This document shows, in pieces, positions 1-11,091 of a stretch of 64,000 bases of DNA (the first letter of the stretch is position 1; every line of letters begins with the position of its first letter). The notes under the pieces are model-generated. The model did no database searches. It had not been told where the DNA came from and saw only the letters and a list, made by a program, of their open reading frames with translations. The position numbers were made by a program, and so were the translations under genes. Source of the DNA: Octopus vulgaris. Taxonomy: Eukaryota. The stretch lies in NCBI GenBank assembly GCA_951406725.2, contig OX597818.1:131006001-131070000 (forward strand), written 5' to 3'.

Positions 1-684
1 ACACATATATAATTGTAAGAACAACAGCAATGCTAAAACAAAGCTAATGACTTAAAAATTATACATATACTGACAAATTCATATATAAATAAAAATAACA
101 AACAACTCAACTAATTAGAAACTAAATAATGAATAACATCGATATAATTACAACTTATCTCAATGATTTCTCATACGTAATTTTTTTCCTCCTTATTTTA
201 TTTACATTTGTTATTTTAGATACATTCCAAAAATACAATTTCTGTTGTTTCAATTTATTGCTTCTGTTTTTCTTCTAATTTCAAGCTAATTAGATTTTAC
301 ATAGACCGTTAAGGATACTTCTCCCATTTAATATTTCAAAACATCTACATAAACCTATTGAAAATCATTAATGATTAATGCTTATTAATACATGAAAATT
401 GTTATTTTGTTATTATGTATCATAATGATAATGATAATAAGGATAATAATTATGTCGTCATCATCGTCATCATCGTTATTGTTATTAACAACGTTATCAT
501 TATTTTCATTTTATGTCTGCTTTTCGATGCTATCATGGGTTAGATGGGGTTGTCAAGAGTTCAAGTTAGTTCTTATTCAGTATACAGCCCACCAACCAGA
601 TGAGATAGGGATCATACCTCACTTGTACATTCCAGTTTTAGGATAGTGTCTAGAGCTAAGATGTACTTTGCATTTTCAAACATT

Positions 685-904
685 TTAACCCTTTAGCATA
701 TCCAGTCCTAATATTCTACTTGTCTTATGTTCAAACCGGCCAGATCCAGCCTCTCACACCTACCCTACAATGTCATTCTAAGAATAAACAATCACATCAT
801 TGAAACCTCAAAGCTACAAAATAAATCATGATTAATGCAAAATAATGTGGATGTACTGTATAAGGATTACATTTGACAGAGTTATAAGAATGTTAAAGGA
901 TTAA
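685..904. mobile_element. piggyBac-type MITE (TTAA-flanked)
   Basis: TTAA-CCCTTTAGCAT ... ATGTTAAAGGA-TTAA terminal inverted repeats. Same family at 1049 and 35021. Confidence 0.75.
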
Positions 905-992
905 AGGATTAAAGGATATACGATATACTGGAAGTATCTTATATTTATGATTTGTAAACAAAGACTCAGTTCTTACAATGATGTCATATCTC

Positions 993-1436
993 TTAACCTT
1001 TTTGTTACTGTGTTTATTTTGAGATGCTCCATTTTTCTTTCATTTACTTTAACCCTTTAGCATTTGAACCGGCCATATCCGGCCAAAAGTATTCTGCCTG
1101 TTTTATGTTCAGATCTGGTCTCTCATACCAACCCTACAATATCGTTTTAAAAATTAACAGCTACCTCATCAAAATCTCATAGCTACAAAATAATGCATGA
1201 TTAGCTCAAAACAATGTGGATAAAGAAGCATTAATTTTAGCAGAATAATGTGAACACTAAAGGGTTAAATATAACCAAGAATTTAGTAAAATAACTTATT
1301 TAAATTTAAGCTAGTGTTAGGAACATAAATTGTGACTCAGGTTTGGTGGAAGATTTTAATTCAAAACTTATAAAAATAAGACATTTGTACTCAGAGCCAG
1401 AGCCGGTTTCAGCCAAGTTGGTAATGAAAAGGTTAA
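993..1436. mobile_element. second TTAA-flanked MITE family, interrupted by a nested MITE
   Basis: TTAA-CCTTTTTGTTAC ... GTAATGAAAAGG-TTAA inverted termini. Confidence 0.65.
1049..1268. mobile_element. piggyBac-type MITE nested in the 993-1436 element
   Basis: TTAA-CCCTTTAG ... CTAAAGGG-TTAA. Internal sequence aligns with 685-904. Confidence 0.8.
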
Positions 1437-1540
1437 CCTAAGCCTAAGAAATTCAAGAGCTAGCACTCAGCTCAGAATGTAAAAGTGACTGTTTTGGGAG
1501 GACAAGGTTATTATTCTTCTTGATTTTCTGAAATATAAAC

Positions 1541-2210
1541 TGGAACTCCATCAGTTACAATGAAGGGGTTCCAGCCGATCTGACCAATGGAATAGCCTCT
1601 CTTTCTCTCTTTTACTTGTTTCAGTCATTTGACTGTGGCCATGCTGGAGCACCATCTTTAGTCGAGCAAATCGACCCCAGGACTTATTCTTTGGAAGCCT
1701 AGTACTTATTCTATTGGTCTCTTTTGCTGAACTGCTAAGTTACGGGGACGTAAACAGACCACCATTGGTTGTCAAGCAATGTTGGGGGGACAAACAGACA
1801 CACCAACACAAATACACATATATATATACATATATATGATGGGCTTCTTTCAGTTTCCGTTTACCAAATCCACTCACAAGGCTTTGGTCAGCCTGAGGCT
1901 ATAGTAGAAGACACTTGCCCAAGGTACTATGCAGTGGGACTGAACCCAGAAACTTGTGGTTTGTAAGCAAGCTACTTACCACACAGCCATGGTTGTTTGC
2001 GAAATTACCATACAAGTAGGTTCAGCATGTGACATAATGTGACAAGGCTGGCCCTTTGAAATGGCTGTACTAATTATTTTTGCCAGCTGAGTGGACTGAA
2101 GTAACATGAAATAAAGAGCCTTGCTCAAGAACACAATGTGCTGAGAGGAACTGAAATCACAGCCTTATGATCAGGAGCCAAAAGCCCTAACCACTAAGCC
2201 ACACACCTTC
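1541..2210 (-). mobile_element. old SINE (family F head, family C-like tail) interrupted by a family A SINE
   Basis: Reverse strand has a tRNA-like A box TGGCTTAGTGG and TGTGTTCTTGAGCAAG...CAGTCCACTCAGCTGGCAAAAA as at 35825. Tail resembles 22230-22612. Confidence 0.65.
1605..1990 (-). mobile_element. tRNA-derived SINE family A
   Basis: Matches the ~400 bp repeat seen about 20 times in the window: A/B-box-like head, internal (TA)n(TG)n, tail ...CCAGCATGGCCGCAGTCAAATGACTGAAACAAGTAAAAGAG. Confidence 0.9.
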
Positions 2211-2732
2211 TGGAATATGGCTATGTCATAAACATTTTATTGAGATGTTCAAAATGCTTAGAGAAGCATGAAGAGGAAGAAACCTAACAAGAACCTGAAA
2301 ATGATCAATATTCAATGTGATAATGTGTTACGACACACATCTTTAGCAACAAATTTGCTGGCACAGATATTCCCCAATTGGATGTTCATCCTGTCACCAA
2401 CCTTCACCTGCCTCCTAGCAAGGTAATATTACTTGTGGTTCTTCAAAAGCATAGAGCACAACGACCAATCATGCAATCACTGGAAGATTCTGAATGAACA
2501 ACACTGATTGTATGATAGCGACACTCATTTATAGTTAGTCTGGAGTATCAAAACAAGACAACACAAGTGCACACACAAAAACACATGCAAAAGGCTTCTT
2601 TCAGTTGTCATTTTCCAAATCCACTCACGAGGCTCTTTAGCTGGCCCTGGGCTATAGCAGAAGATATCTACCCAAGGCACTGAACAATGAAACTGAACCT
2701 AAAAATATTCACAAACTTCTTCACCATACAAC

Positions 2733-2763
<31 letters not shown>

Positions 2764-2819
2764 GTGACCGCGAGTGTACCGTTGGTGATTTTTTTCCCCT
2801 CTGTCTTCCCTTCTCCTCT

Positions 2820-2854
2820 GTTTCTGACGAAGAGCTCCACTCGAAACGTTAAAC
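2820..2854 (+). ncRNA. minimal type-I hammerhead ribozyme motif in a Penelope-like repeat (2763-2957)
   Basis: GTTT-CTGACGA-A-GAGCTCCACTC-GAAA-CG-TT-AAAC: stem I GTTT/AAAC, palindromic AACGTT stem III. Confidence 0.75.
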
Positions 2855-2950
2855 CCTCCTTCTTTCCTTCTTTCCTGAGCGTCCAATAATACTATATTGT
2901 TCCACGTCCTCACGTTGTTGTGTTTTCTCTTTGTGTTTTCATGTTTGGAT

Positions 2951-2996
<46 letters not shown>

Positions 2997-3007
2997 CACA
3001 CACACAA

Positions 3008-3048
3008 AGGGATGTTATTAATTAATATCCTAGAAACAGCTGTAAGGC
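3008..3048 (+). ncRNA. 3' half of a hammerhead motif (5' core lost)
   Basis: GGATGTTA..TAATATCC stem II followed by GAAA-CAGCTG-TA. The CUGANGA strand is replaced by a microsatellite. Confidence 0.45.
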
Positions 3049-3437
3049 CTTCTATCTATAAGTGCTCTAATATCTATACAGCCTTGGCTTTTTATCTTAT
3101 TACACAAAAAATTCTTATATACATACAAATATATACAATACATATATGTGTGTGTGTGTGTTTGCGTATGATTTAGAGATCTGAGTGTAGGTAGTTTGTA
3201 AGCTACAAAAGCAGTAGGCAGCCAGTATAGCGAACAAAAAGTAGACTGTATATGATAAGGTACAATAACAATTTATTAGCTCTGAGAGTTACACACTTTC
3301 CTCCATCCCCACTACTGTATCGAAGTTGCAAAGAAATTTGATAAGCTGATAGTTTCTATAGAGCTCACTGTTAGCAATCAATGCTACTAAAAATACAAAT
3401 AAAATTCCCAGTTGAGGGAGTGGAACATATAAAATAT

Positions 3438-3524
3438 AAGCTACATATGTTTCTTAACTAGCTGTAGCTTATTGCACAAGTGTTGCACAATGAGCACCTT
3501 CAAGTCTAGCTAATCATCAGGCTT
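3438..3524 (-). ncRNA. type-I hammerhead ribozyme with canonical core and long stem II
   Basis: Reverse strand AAGC-CTGATGA-TTAGCTAG...CTAGTTAA-GAAA-CATATG-TA-GCTT. Stems I and II pair, stem III is palindromic, cleavage triplet GUA. Confidence 0.85.
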
Positions 3525-3872
3525 CAATTGATTACCCTAAAGAAGTTTGCATTAATGCACAGAATTCCTAAGCTAGCCACCAGACAATGGTGAGTGTAAC
3601 AGAATAGAAAAGTCAATGGCAAAAAGTAAAAAAAATAGACAAACAAAAAATAAGGGAAGTACGTTTGGAGGACCAATGAGTTTTTCAGCACAAGGAGGTT
3701 TAGAGCCAAAGAGTAGGAAGAAAAAGAGAAAGGAAAGAAAGGAGAAAAAGATTATCATTAAATGGAATGGTGGTGTAGGTATTGAGGTAATAAAAACCTA
3801 TCCAAAGGATGCTGATGACAGATTTTGACAGACTGTAAAGTATGCTGTTGTCCAAATTTATATGAGTAGATA

Positions 3873-4103
3873 TATTTCTTTACTACCCACAAGGGGCTAA
3901 ACACAGAGGGGACAAACAAGGATAGACAAACGGATTAAGTCGATTACATCGACCCCAGTGTGTAACGTACTTAATTTATCGACCCCAAAAGGATGAAAGG
4001 CAAAGTCGACCTCGGCGGGATTTGAACTCAGAACGTAACGGCAGACGAAATATGTCTATGCATTTCGCCCGGCGTGCTAACGTTTCTGCCAGCTTGCCAC
4101 CCT
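3873..4103 (-). mobile_element. SINE family B (Meta/MESC-like central domain)
   Basis: Contains the GCCTTTCATCCTTT.GGGGTCGATAAATTAAGTAC core. 19-bp TSD AAATTTATATGA(G/A)TAGATA at 3854-3872 and 4104-4122. Confidence 0.85.
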
Positions 4104-4159
4104 AAATTTATATGAATAGATAAGTAGTGGGGTGGGATGATTCAATCCCAAAGAATCAA

Positions 4160-5288
4160 GGACACATACATACACATATGCATCCACACAACCCTACACA
4201 CATGTATACACACACACTCATACACACACAAAAGCACATATACTCTAACTCATACACACACACATAAGTATACTATAGAATATATAAATAGTGGATGTTC
4301 ATAATCCCACAGGCACAAACCTACACATGAAAAAAACTAGTATGTGTTGAAAAGAATATACATACTTATATACACACACTATCACACTTACATTTATGTA
4401 AATGCATTCACACACATATATACATATATATACACACCCTTATACACACATATATATTTTTATTTGTTCATAGACACATGCACACGTCCCTCCCGCATAA
4501 GCCCAACCCACCCCTACACATTCCTTCCACCTTCCCTATCCTTCCCCATCCCACTCCATCCCTTACACCCACTCCCAAACACCCCACCTCTATCCCCACC
4601 CTCCACACACCCACATACCCCATCTCTACCCCCACCCTCAGCTTAAGCCACACCCCACCCTTGCTTTCTCCACTCTCGCCTCCCCCACATCCCAACATGC
4701 TCACACTACACCACACACCACTACACCACACACCACTACACCTTACACCACCATACCACACAACACATCACAACACACCACCATGCACATGTCAAGATCA
4801 CCAGCTCTCTTCCACACGCACATACAAACTCTCTTATACATATGCACATGCACCTTCGTTTTGGGATCACCACTACTTTATTATCTCCCCTTTTCCCTAG
4901 ATCTCCTGTGTGACCCTTCTGTCTGGCATTCGGCATGATAGATTGCTATCCACTACACATTCTTTATTTTCTCTACTTATTTCTTTCTGTGTTCCTTTCT
5001 GTGGAAGAGCATAGGTTTGAAACGTTAAAGACTTTTTCACTTCCTGAGTGTTATACTAATACATCTGTTTGTTGTCTACACCACCTGTCTTTGTCTTTTG
5101 GGGGTTTTTTTGTGAATTCTCCCTATATTCATACATACATATATAAGGGTACATACACATAAATATACAACACATACACACACACACATATATATATTCA
5201 CTTAAACACAGACATCTATAGAAATAGATAAATATACACATACATTTACATATATACACACACAAACACATACAAACATACACAAAAG

Positions 5289-5322
<34 letters not shown>

Positions 5323-5590
5323 CATACATATATACATACATGTACACATACTTACACATGCACATACTGGCACATACACACACATACACACACACACACA
5401 TATACATACACACATACATATGGCTATATATGCATGAATATTCATACATGCACTCATATAAATATACTCACACATGCACATATTAGGTAAACAATCGCCC
5501 ACACAAATACACATATAATTATATATCTACACACACACACACACATACACACACACACACACTTGTGAGTGCATGTGTATGTGTACATAT
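4160..5590. repeat. degenerate (CA)n/(TACA)n and C-rich low-complexity tract with an embedded repeat
   Basis: Direct reading of the sequence. Confidence 0.85.
4995..5030 (+). ncRNA. variant minimal hammerhead motif (degenerate core)
   Basis: CTTT-CTGTGGA-A-GAGCATAGGTTT-GAAA-CG-TT-AAAG. Stem I covaries relative to the 2820 copy. Confidence 0.55.
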
Positions 5591-5861
5591 ATCTGTTTGC
5601 CAACAACTAACTCCTGAATATTTGCATATTGCATTCATATTCTAATATTTTCAGATTAGATATCTCGCCCGTATATCAGCTGCAAAAATCTTATCAGTCA
5701 GATCAACCAAGAGTAAAAGAATTTAAAAACATTGAAATATACATGAAAAATGTACAATAACCATAATGAATTAATTAGAGTAAGGATAGAAACTACGACA
5801 TTGACAAAATACTATCATAGATGATAATAATAATAATGATAATAAAAGGAAAGCAACAATA

Positions 5862-6058
5862 AGGCGCAGGAGTGGCTGTGTGGTAAGTAGCTTGCTAACC
5901 AACCACATGGTTTCGGGTTCAGTCCCACTGCGTGGCATCATGGGCAAGTGTCTTCTGCTATAGCCCCGGGCCGACCTGGTGTAGCCTCTGGCTTGCCACT
6001 CCCCAGTCAAACCGTCCAGCCACTGCCAGCATGGAAAGCGGACATTAAACAATGATGA
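5862..6058 (+). mobile_element. chimeric SINE: family A head + family D tail ending in (GAT)n
   Basis: GGCGCAGGAGTGGCTGTGTGGTAAG head joined to AAACCGTCCAGCC..GCCAGCATGGAAAGCGGACATTAAAC(GAT)n. Confidence 0.8.
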
Positions 6059-6166
6059 TATATATATATATCCAAACATGAAAACACAAAGAGAAAACAC
6101 AACAACGCGAGGACGTGGAACAAATATAGTATTATTGGACGCTCAGGAAGGAAGGGAAGAAGGAGG

Positions 6167-6201
6167 GTCTAACGTTTCGAGCGGAGCTCTTCGTCGGAAA
6201 C
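6167..6201 (-). ncRNA. minimal hammerhead motif in a Penelope-like repeat (6071-6275)
   Basis: Reverse strand GTTT-CCGACGA-A-GAGCTCCGCTC-GAAA-CG-TT-AGAC. Same family as 2763-2957. Confidence 0.65.
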
Positions 6202-6364
6202 ATAGGAGAAGGAAAGATCCAGAGAAGGGAAGACAGAGGAAAAAAAAATCGCCAACAGTACACACGCGGTCACATTAGGTGCAGGGGTGGCTGTGTGATA
6301 AGTAGCTTGCTTACCAACTACATAGTTGTGGGTTCAGACCCACTGCATGACACCTTAGGTATTG

Positions 6365-6564
6365 ATATAAAAGTTGGTTTAAAGCTCTCTTCAGCCGCAA
6401 ACATTGTTATTCCAAAGATTACATCACAATATAAAAGGTATAAAAAGTACATGTAGTATTACCCATGTACATGTACTACATGTACTTTGTATATCTTTTA
6501 TATGATGTAATCTTTGGAATAACAATGCTTTCAGCTGAAGAGAGCTTTAAACCATCTTTTATAT
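6365..6564. repeat. long fold-back inverted repeat (~90 bp arms)
   Basis: TATAAAAGTTGGTTTAAAGCTCTCTTCAGC...AAAGTACATGTAGTA mirrors TACTACATGTACTTT...GCTGAAGAGAGCTTTAAACCATCTTTTATA. Confidence 0.9.
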
Positions 6565-6621
6565 AAAAAATACACTGATGTAATAACGGATTGTTGATAA
6601 AGCTTGAAACACGTGTACTGC
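6532..6621 (+). ncRNA. type-I hammerhead ribozyme with canonical core and long stem II loop
   Basis: CAG-CTGAAGA-GAGCTTTA...TAAAGCTT-GAAA-CACGTG-TA-CTG. Palindromic ACACGTGT stem III, GUA triplet ending at 6617. Confidence 0.8.
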
Positions 6622-6756
6622 GATATCATTTGTGTTCTGTTTTTAATTCATATTTGATATATACTCTCAAACCTCTGCCACTATCAAGCATATACAGGTG
6701 CTAACACTTATCAAGTATTCACTCTAAATTTACAGTACCTACTTGATATATATATA

Positions 6757-7058
6757 GCACCATCCGAGCGTGGCCGTTCACCAGCCTCGTCTGGCACCTG
6801 TGTCGGTGGCACGTAAAAAGCACCATCCAAGCGTGGCCGTTCGCCAGCCTCGTCTGGCATCTGTGTCGGTGGCACATAAAAAGCACCCACTACACTCACG
6901 GAGTGGTTGATGTTAGGAAGGGCATCCAGCTGTAGAAACACCGCCAGATATGACTGGCCTGGTGCAGCCTTCAGGCTTCCCAGACCCCAGTTGAACCGTC
7001 CAACCCATGCTAGCATGGAAAGCAGACGTTAAACGATGATGATGATGATGATGATGAT
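6757..7058 (+). mobile_element. family D SINE tail with internal ~60-bp tandem units
   Basis: Repeated AGCACCATCC..GTCGGTGGCAC.TAAAA, then GTTAGGAAGGGCATCCAGCTGTAGAAA and a (GAT)n end. Confidence 0.8.
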
Positions 7059-7061
7059 ATA

Positions 7062-7227
7062 TATAACTAAAAATAAGGGTGTCTGAGAGACATCATCATG
7101 CCGAAATAGCAGTCAAATCCCTGACTCTAAAAACCACATTAAATGTTCATATCGCACAGTAGAGTCAGGGATTTGATTGCTATTTTGGCATGGTGGTTTC
7201 TCTCAGACACCCTTATTTTTAGTTGTA
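7062..7227. repeat. fold-back inverted repeat (~67 bp arms)
   Basis: AACTAAAAATAAGGGTGTCTGAGAGA...CCCTGACTCTA mirrors TAGAGTCAGGG...TCTCTCAGACACCCTTATTTTTAGTT. Related sequence at 9667-9840. Confidence 0.9.
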
Positions 7228-7330
7228 AAAAATTATTACCTTTGTATGGTATTTTTTCCCATGCTGGCCACTTGATAATATTGATATTTAAATATCGATA
7301 TTATCCTTATTTATATATATATATATATAT

Positions 7331-7626
7331 ATCACGTGATCATGTGACCGACCAGTCCATCAGATGTAGTTACACATCGCTGGTCACAATGCGTTCGCAT
7401 TGTTTTAGCCTTCGAATGACGCCACCCCACTGGCTAAGTGAGCAGGCCAACAGAAGAAAGAGTGGTGAAAGAGTACAGCAGGGATCACCACCCCCTGCCG
7501 GAGCCTCGTGGAGCTTTTAGGTGTTTTCGCTCAATAAACACTCACAACGCCCGGTCTGGGAATCGAAACCGCGATCCTATGACCGCGAGTCCGCTGCCCT
7601 AACCACTGGGCCATTGTGCCTCCACA
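7331..7626 (-). mobile_element. tRNA(Arg)-like SINE family C', alternative tail
   Basis: Head GTGGAGGCACAATGGCCCAGTGGTTAGGGCAGCGGACTCGC shared with family C. Different 3' tail ending in ..GATCACGTGAT, also at 30508. Confidence 0.85.
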
Positions 7627-7643
7627 TGTAGGTTGTCAATTCC

Positions 7644-7835
7644 TTATGCAGAGTCTCGGCATCTGATGTGGCTTTTTAAACCAGACAATGTATTGAAAAG
7701 ACACCCACATAGATTGCATATCTGATTTGGACCACCAAGAGCTGCAGTTAAGTTCTGATCTTTGTGGATCTTAAAATGTCTTTTGAGACCTCTGTTAGAT
7801 TTGCAGAACCTATAGCATTCACAGCACTGAAAGGT
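7644..7835 (-). pseudogene. two C2H2-like zinc fingers, probable non-LTR retrotransposon (RTE-like) C-terminus
   Basis: FQCCECYRFCKSNRGLKRHFKIH ... ICNLCGCLFNTLSGLKSHIR followed by a stop. No TGEKP linker. Confidence 0.55.
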
Positions 7836-8139
7836 GTGCACAGATATATATATAAATACACACAGACATACACACGTGTACGCACGCACCCTCTGCTGAA
7901 TCACATTCCAAACTACATAGATTCTTGATGCACTAAAATAATATTTTATCTCTGCCTCTAGAGTATGTCTTCATAATTACCAACTCTTAACAGAGACCAG
8001 CTGGATGTGAGAACGGGAGATAATCTCAGGAACCAAGAATTCTCCAAAGATGCCGAGCCATAAAGAAAGGTAAAGGATGACAGACTTACTGTCTGGAGAT
8101 AGAGGAGAATTGTGGACATATTTATATATATATATATAT

Positions 8140-8400
<261 letters not shown>

Positions 8401-8575
8401 ATGTGTGAGTCTATGTGTGTGTTCATGTAATGGTAGTGTTATAGCTGTTTGCTGTTTATATTTTTAATGAGATATTTAATTTCTGTTGCTGTCTATGTTA
8501 TTAGCTTCTATTTCTTTGTTTCATTGATTAACATGAGCAGTGAGCTTACAAAGGAGGCTGAAAATTGAAAAACCA

Positions 8576-8613
<38 letters not shown>

Positions 8614-9469
8614 TAAAAAAAACATAATTATGAAAGAAAATAAAAAAAACAAACAATATAATTAAATAGAAGACAATCCAATACCCCCCCCCCTTCTCCA
8701 CCATCTACACACACACAGTCACATCTATGAAATGTCGGGGGTCAAAAAGGAAAAGTTTCATATCTACACCTGAAGGAGCTTAAGGCTATTTTGTTAGATT
8801 TAAAATGGCAATCTAGCATGCTATGGTGTTTATCATAGCATGCCATTTCATACCATACCATACCTTGTCATACCATGCTGTGCTCTGCAAGGAAATGCAG
8901 TACTGTATTAATTAATGCAGATTTAGATTACTTTTTGTCTTAAGAAACATTTTAATGAGCAGCATTACAAAATATTAAGCAGGTTTGATGTTTGATCCTT
9001 TATTTGGCAAAGATTTGCAATGGCCAAATGGAATAAATGTTGATATTTTGGCTAAAAATTTTGGTGCAGTGGTACTGAGAATCATTTTTACTTTTAATTA
9101 CCTTACAGTGGAATAAATACTTTCGACTTGTCCATCACACACACACATAAATTTGTAGTGTAAGATATGGAGGTAGAAAATTGTGTAGCTATCACACAAA
9201 GCTCCTTTAATGGATTCGGCTAGCAGCCTACATAGAAATTCAACACAGAGAAACGTAATGTTAGAATGTCCATGCTGCAGAAAGCCAGAATATCTGATCA
9301 ATAAAACTATTTCATGAGAGTTAAATAAACCATAAGATGTCAGGAGGTATGTATTTAATCACTTAACGAACTTAGGATTATAGCTGTTTATGTATTGCTA
9401 CACAAAGAAGGTTTCAAAATGGCTGTAATCCTAAGGATGTCAAGCTGTTAAATAAATATATTCACTTCT

Positions 9470-9593
9470 CATACCTACTTATTCTATCAGTCTGTTTAGC
9501 CGAACCACTAAGTTTCAGGGACGTAAACACACCAACACTGGTTGTCAAGAAGTGCTGGGACAAATACAGACAGAAAGAAACAGACACATACAC

Positions 9594-9630
<37 letters not shown>

Positions 9631-10021
9631 TATATATGAAATAAATACATATATATAAATTTAGATAAATAAGGATAAGTTCGACATTTAAATACTGATC
9701 TTATCAGGTGGCCAGCATGGGAATAAAAACCTTTCAGCGGTACTAATTATTTAAAATTATAATTTAGGGTATCTAAGAGATACCACCACGCTGGAAATAG
9801 CAGTCAAAACTTAACTCTAAAACCACATTAAATGTTCATATATATATATATATATATATACGATGGGTTCCATTCAGTTTCTGTCAACCAAATCAACTCA
9901 CAAGACTTTGGTTAGCTTGAGGCTATAGTAGAAGACACTTGACCAAAGTAATATGCAGTGGGACTGAACTCAGAACTATGTGGTTGGAAAATAAGCTTCT
10001 TCCCACACAGCCATGCTTGTG

Positions 10022-10025
<4 letters not shown>
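9470..10025 (-). mobile_element. family A SINE with an insertion (9667-9840) inside its internal microsatellite
   Basis: Tail part at 9470-9600 and head at 9860-10025, separated by a fragment related to 7062-7310. Confidence 0.7.
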
Positions 10026-10066
<41 letters not shown>

Positions 10067-10067
<1 letters not shown>

Positions 10068-10442
10068 CTCTGTACTCTTTTACTTGTTTCAGTCATTTAA
10101 CTGCGGCCATTCTGAAGCACCGCCTTTAGTCAAGCAAATTGACCCCAGGACTTATTCTTTGTAAACCTATCAGTCTCTTTTATCGAACCGCTAAGTTACA
10201 GGGACGTAAACACAACAGCATCGGTTGACAAACACAGACAAATAAATATATACGCACACATACATATATACATATATACAACGGGCTTCTTTCAGTTTCC
10301 GTCTACCAAATCCACTCGCAAGGCTTTGGTTGGCCCAAGGCTATAGTTGAAGACACTTGCCCAAGGTGCCATGCAGTGGGACTGAACCCGGAACCATGTG
10401 ATTGGTAAGCAAGCTACTTACCACACAGTCACTCCTATGCCT
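10067..10442 (-). mobile_element. SINE family A
   Basis: Matches the family consensus. Confidence 0.9.
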
Positions 10443-10703
10443 GTATATATATATATATATATATGTATGCTTATATTTATATTTACTTGTATTTATATTC
10501 TTTTTATATATATATTCTAATTATTATACAACATTACTCTTTTATGTACACTTTTTTATGTACATTCCTTTATGTACACTGATTTGTTCTGCTTTTTATA
10601 TTTAACCCTACAGTCTCTTATGTGTTGGTTTAATAAAGTATGTGATTGAGTATTATCTGGTAATTGATATTTGATTTAGATGTGTTTCTCCATTTTCTTA
10701 TCT

Positions 10704-10750
<47 letters not shown>

Positions 10751-10991
10751 TATAATAAGATAATAGTAAAGGGTTGAAAATGCACTAAACGTTTATACAT
10801 ATTTGAATAACAGAAGTTTTATTTTTCCACGTAGGAGATAAAAATATCTATTATGTGTCTATGCTTGTATGAAAATAAAAATGCAAACTTATGTTTCACA
10901 CAACTAATATTTTCCTATAAAAGCTTTACTGTAAAAATAGGTAGTCAACTTAATAGTTAGAACATCAAACTAACTGGGATTAGTAATTTAC

Positions 10992-11024
10992 AGTCCTGAT
11001 ATTGTATGCCCTCATCAGAGGACT
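10992..11024 (-). ncRNA. internally deleted hammerhead remnant
   Basis: Reverse strand AGTCCT-CTGATGA-GGGC-ATACAATATC-AGGACT: perfect 6-bp stem I, but the 3' strand of stem II and GAA are missing. Confidence 0.45.
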
Positions 11025-11091
11025 CACCAGCAATATATATGCTTTTTCAGGTTACACACAGTGTCAAGTTTTATATATCATACATACAATA

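Noticed and set aside
3616-3828. Lysine-rich 70-aa ORF
   Set aside because: A-rich low complexity with no recognisable domain.
5655-5760. Possible exon after TTTTCAG (also near 42108)
   Set aside because: No convincing donor and no recognisable peptide.
7076-7122. CTGAGAGA...GAAATAGCAGTC as a hammerhead
   Set aside because: The core does not fit CUGANGA, stem II is poor, and the polarity is opposite to the other hairpin-borne motifs.
8816-8843. 12-bp hairpin GCATGCTATGGT/ATCATAGCATGC
   Set aside because: Too short for a pre-miRNA and embedded in decayed pentamer repeats.
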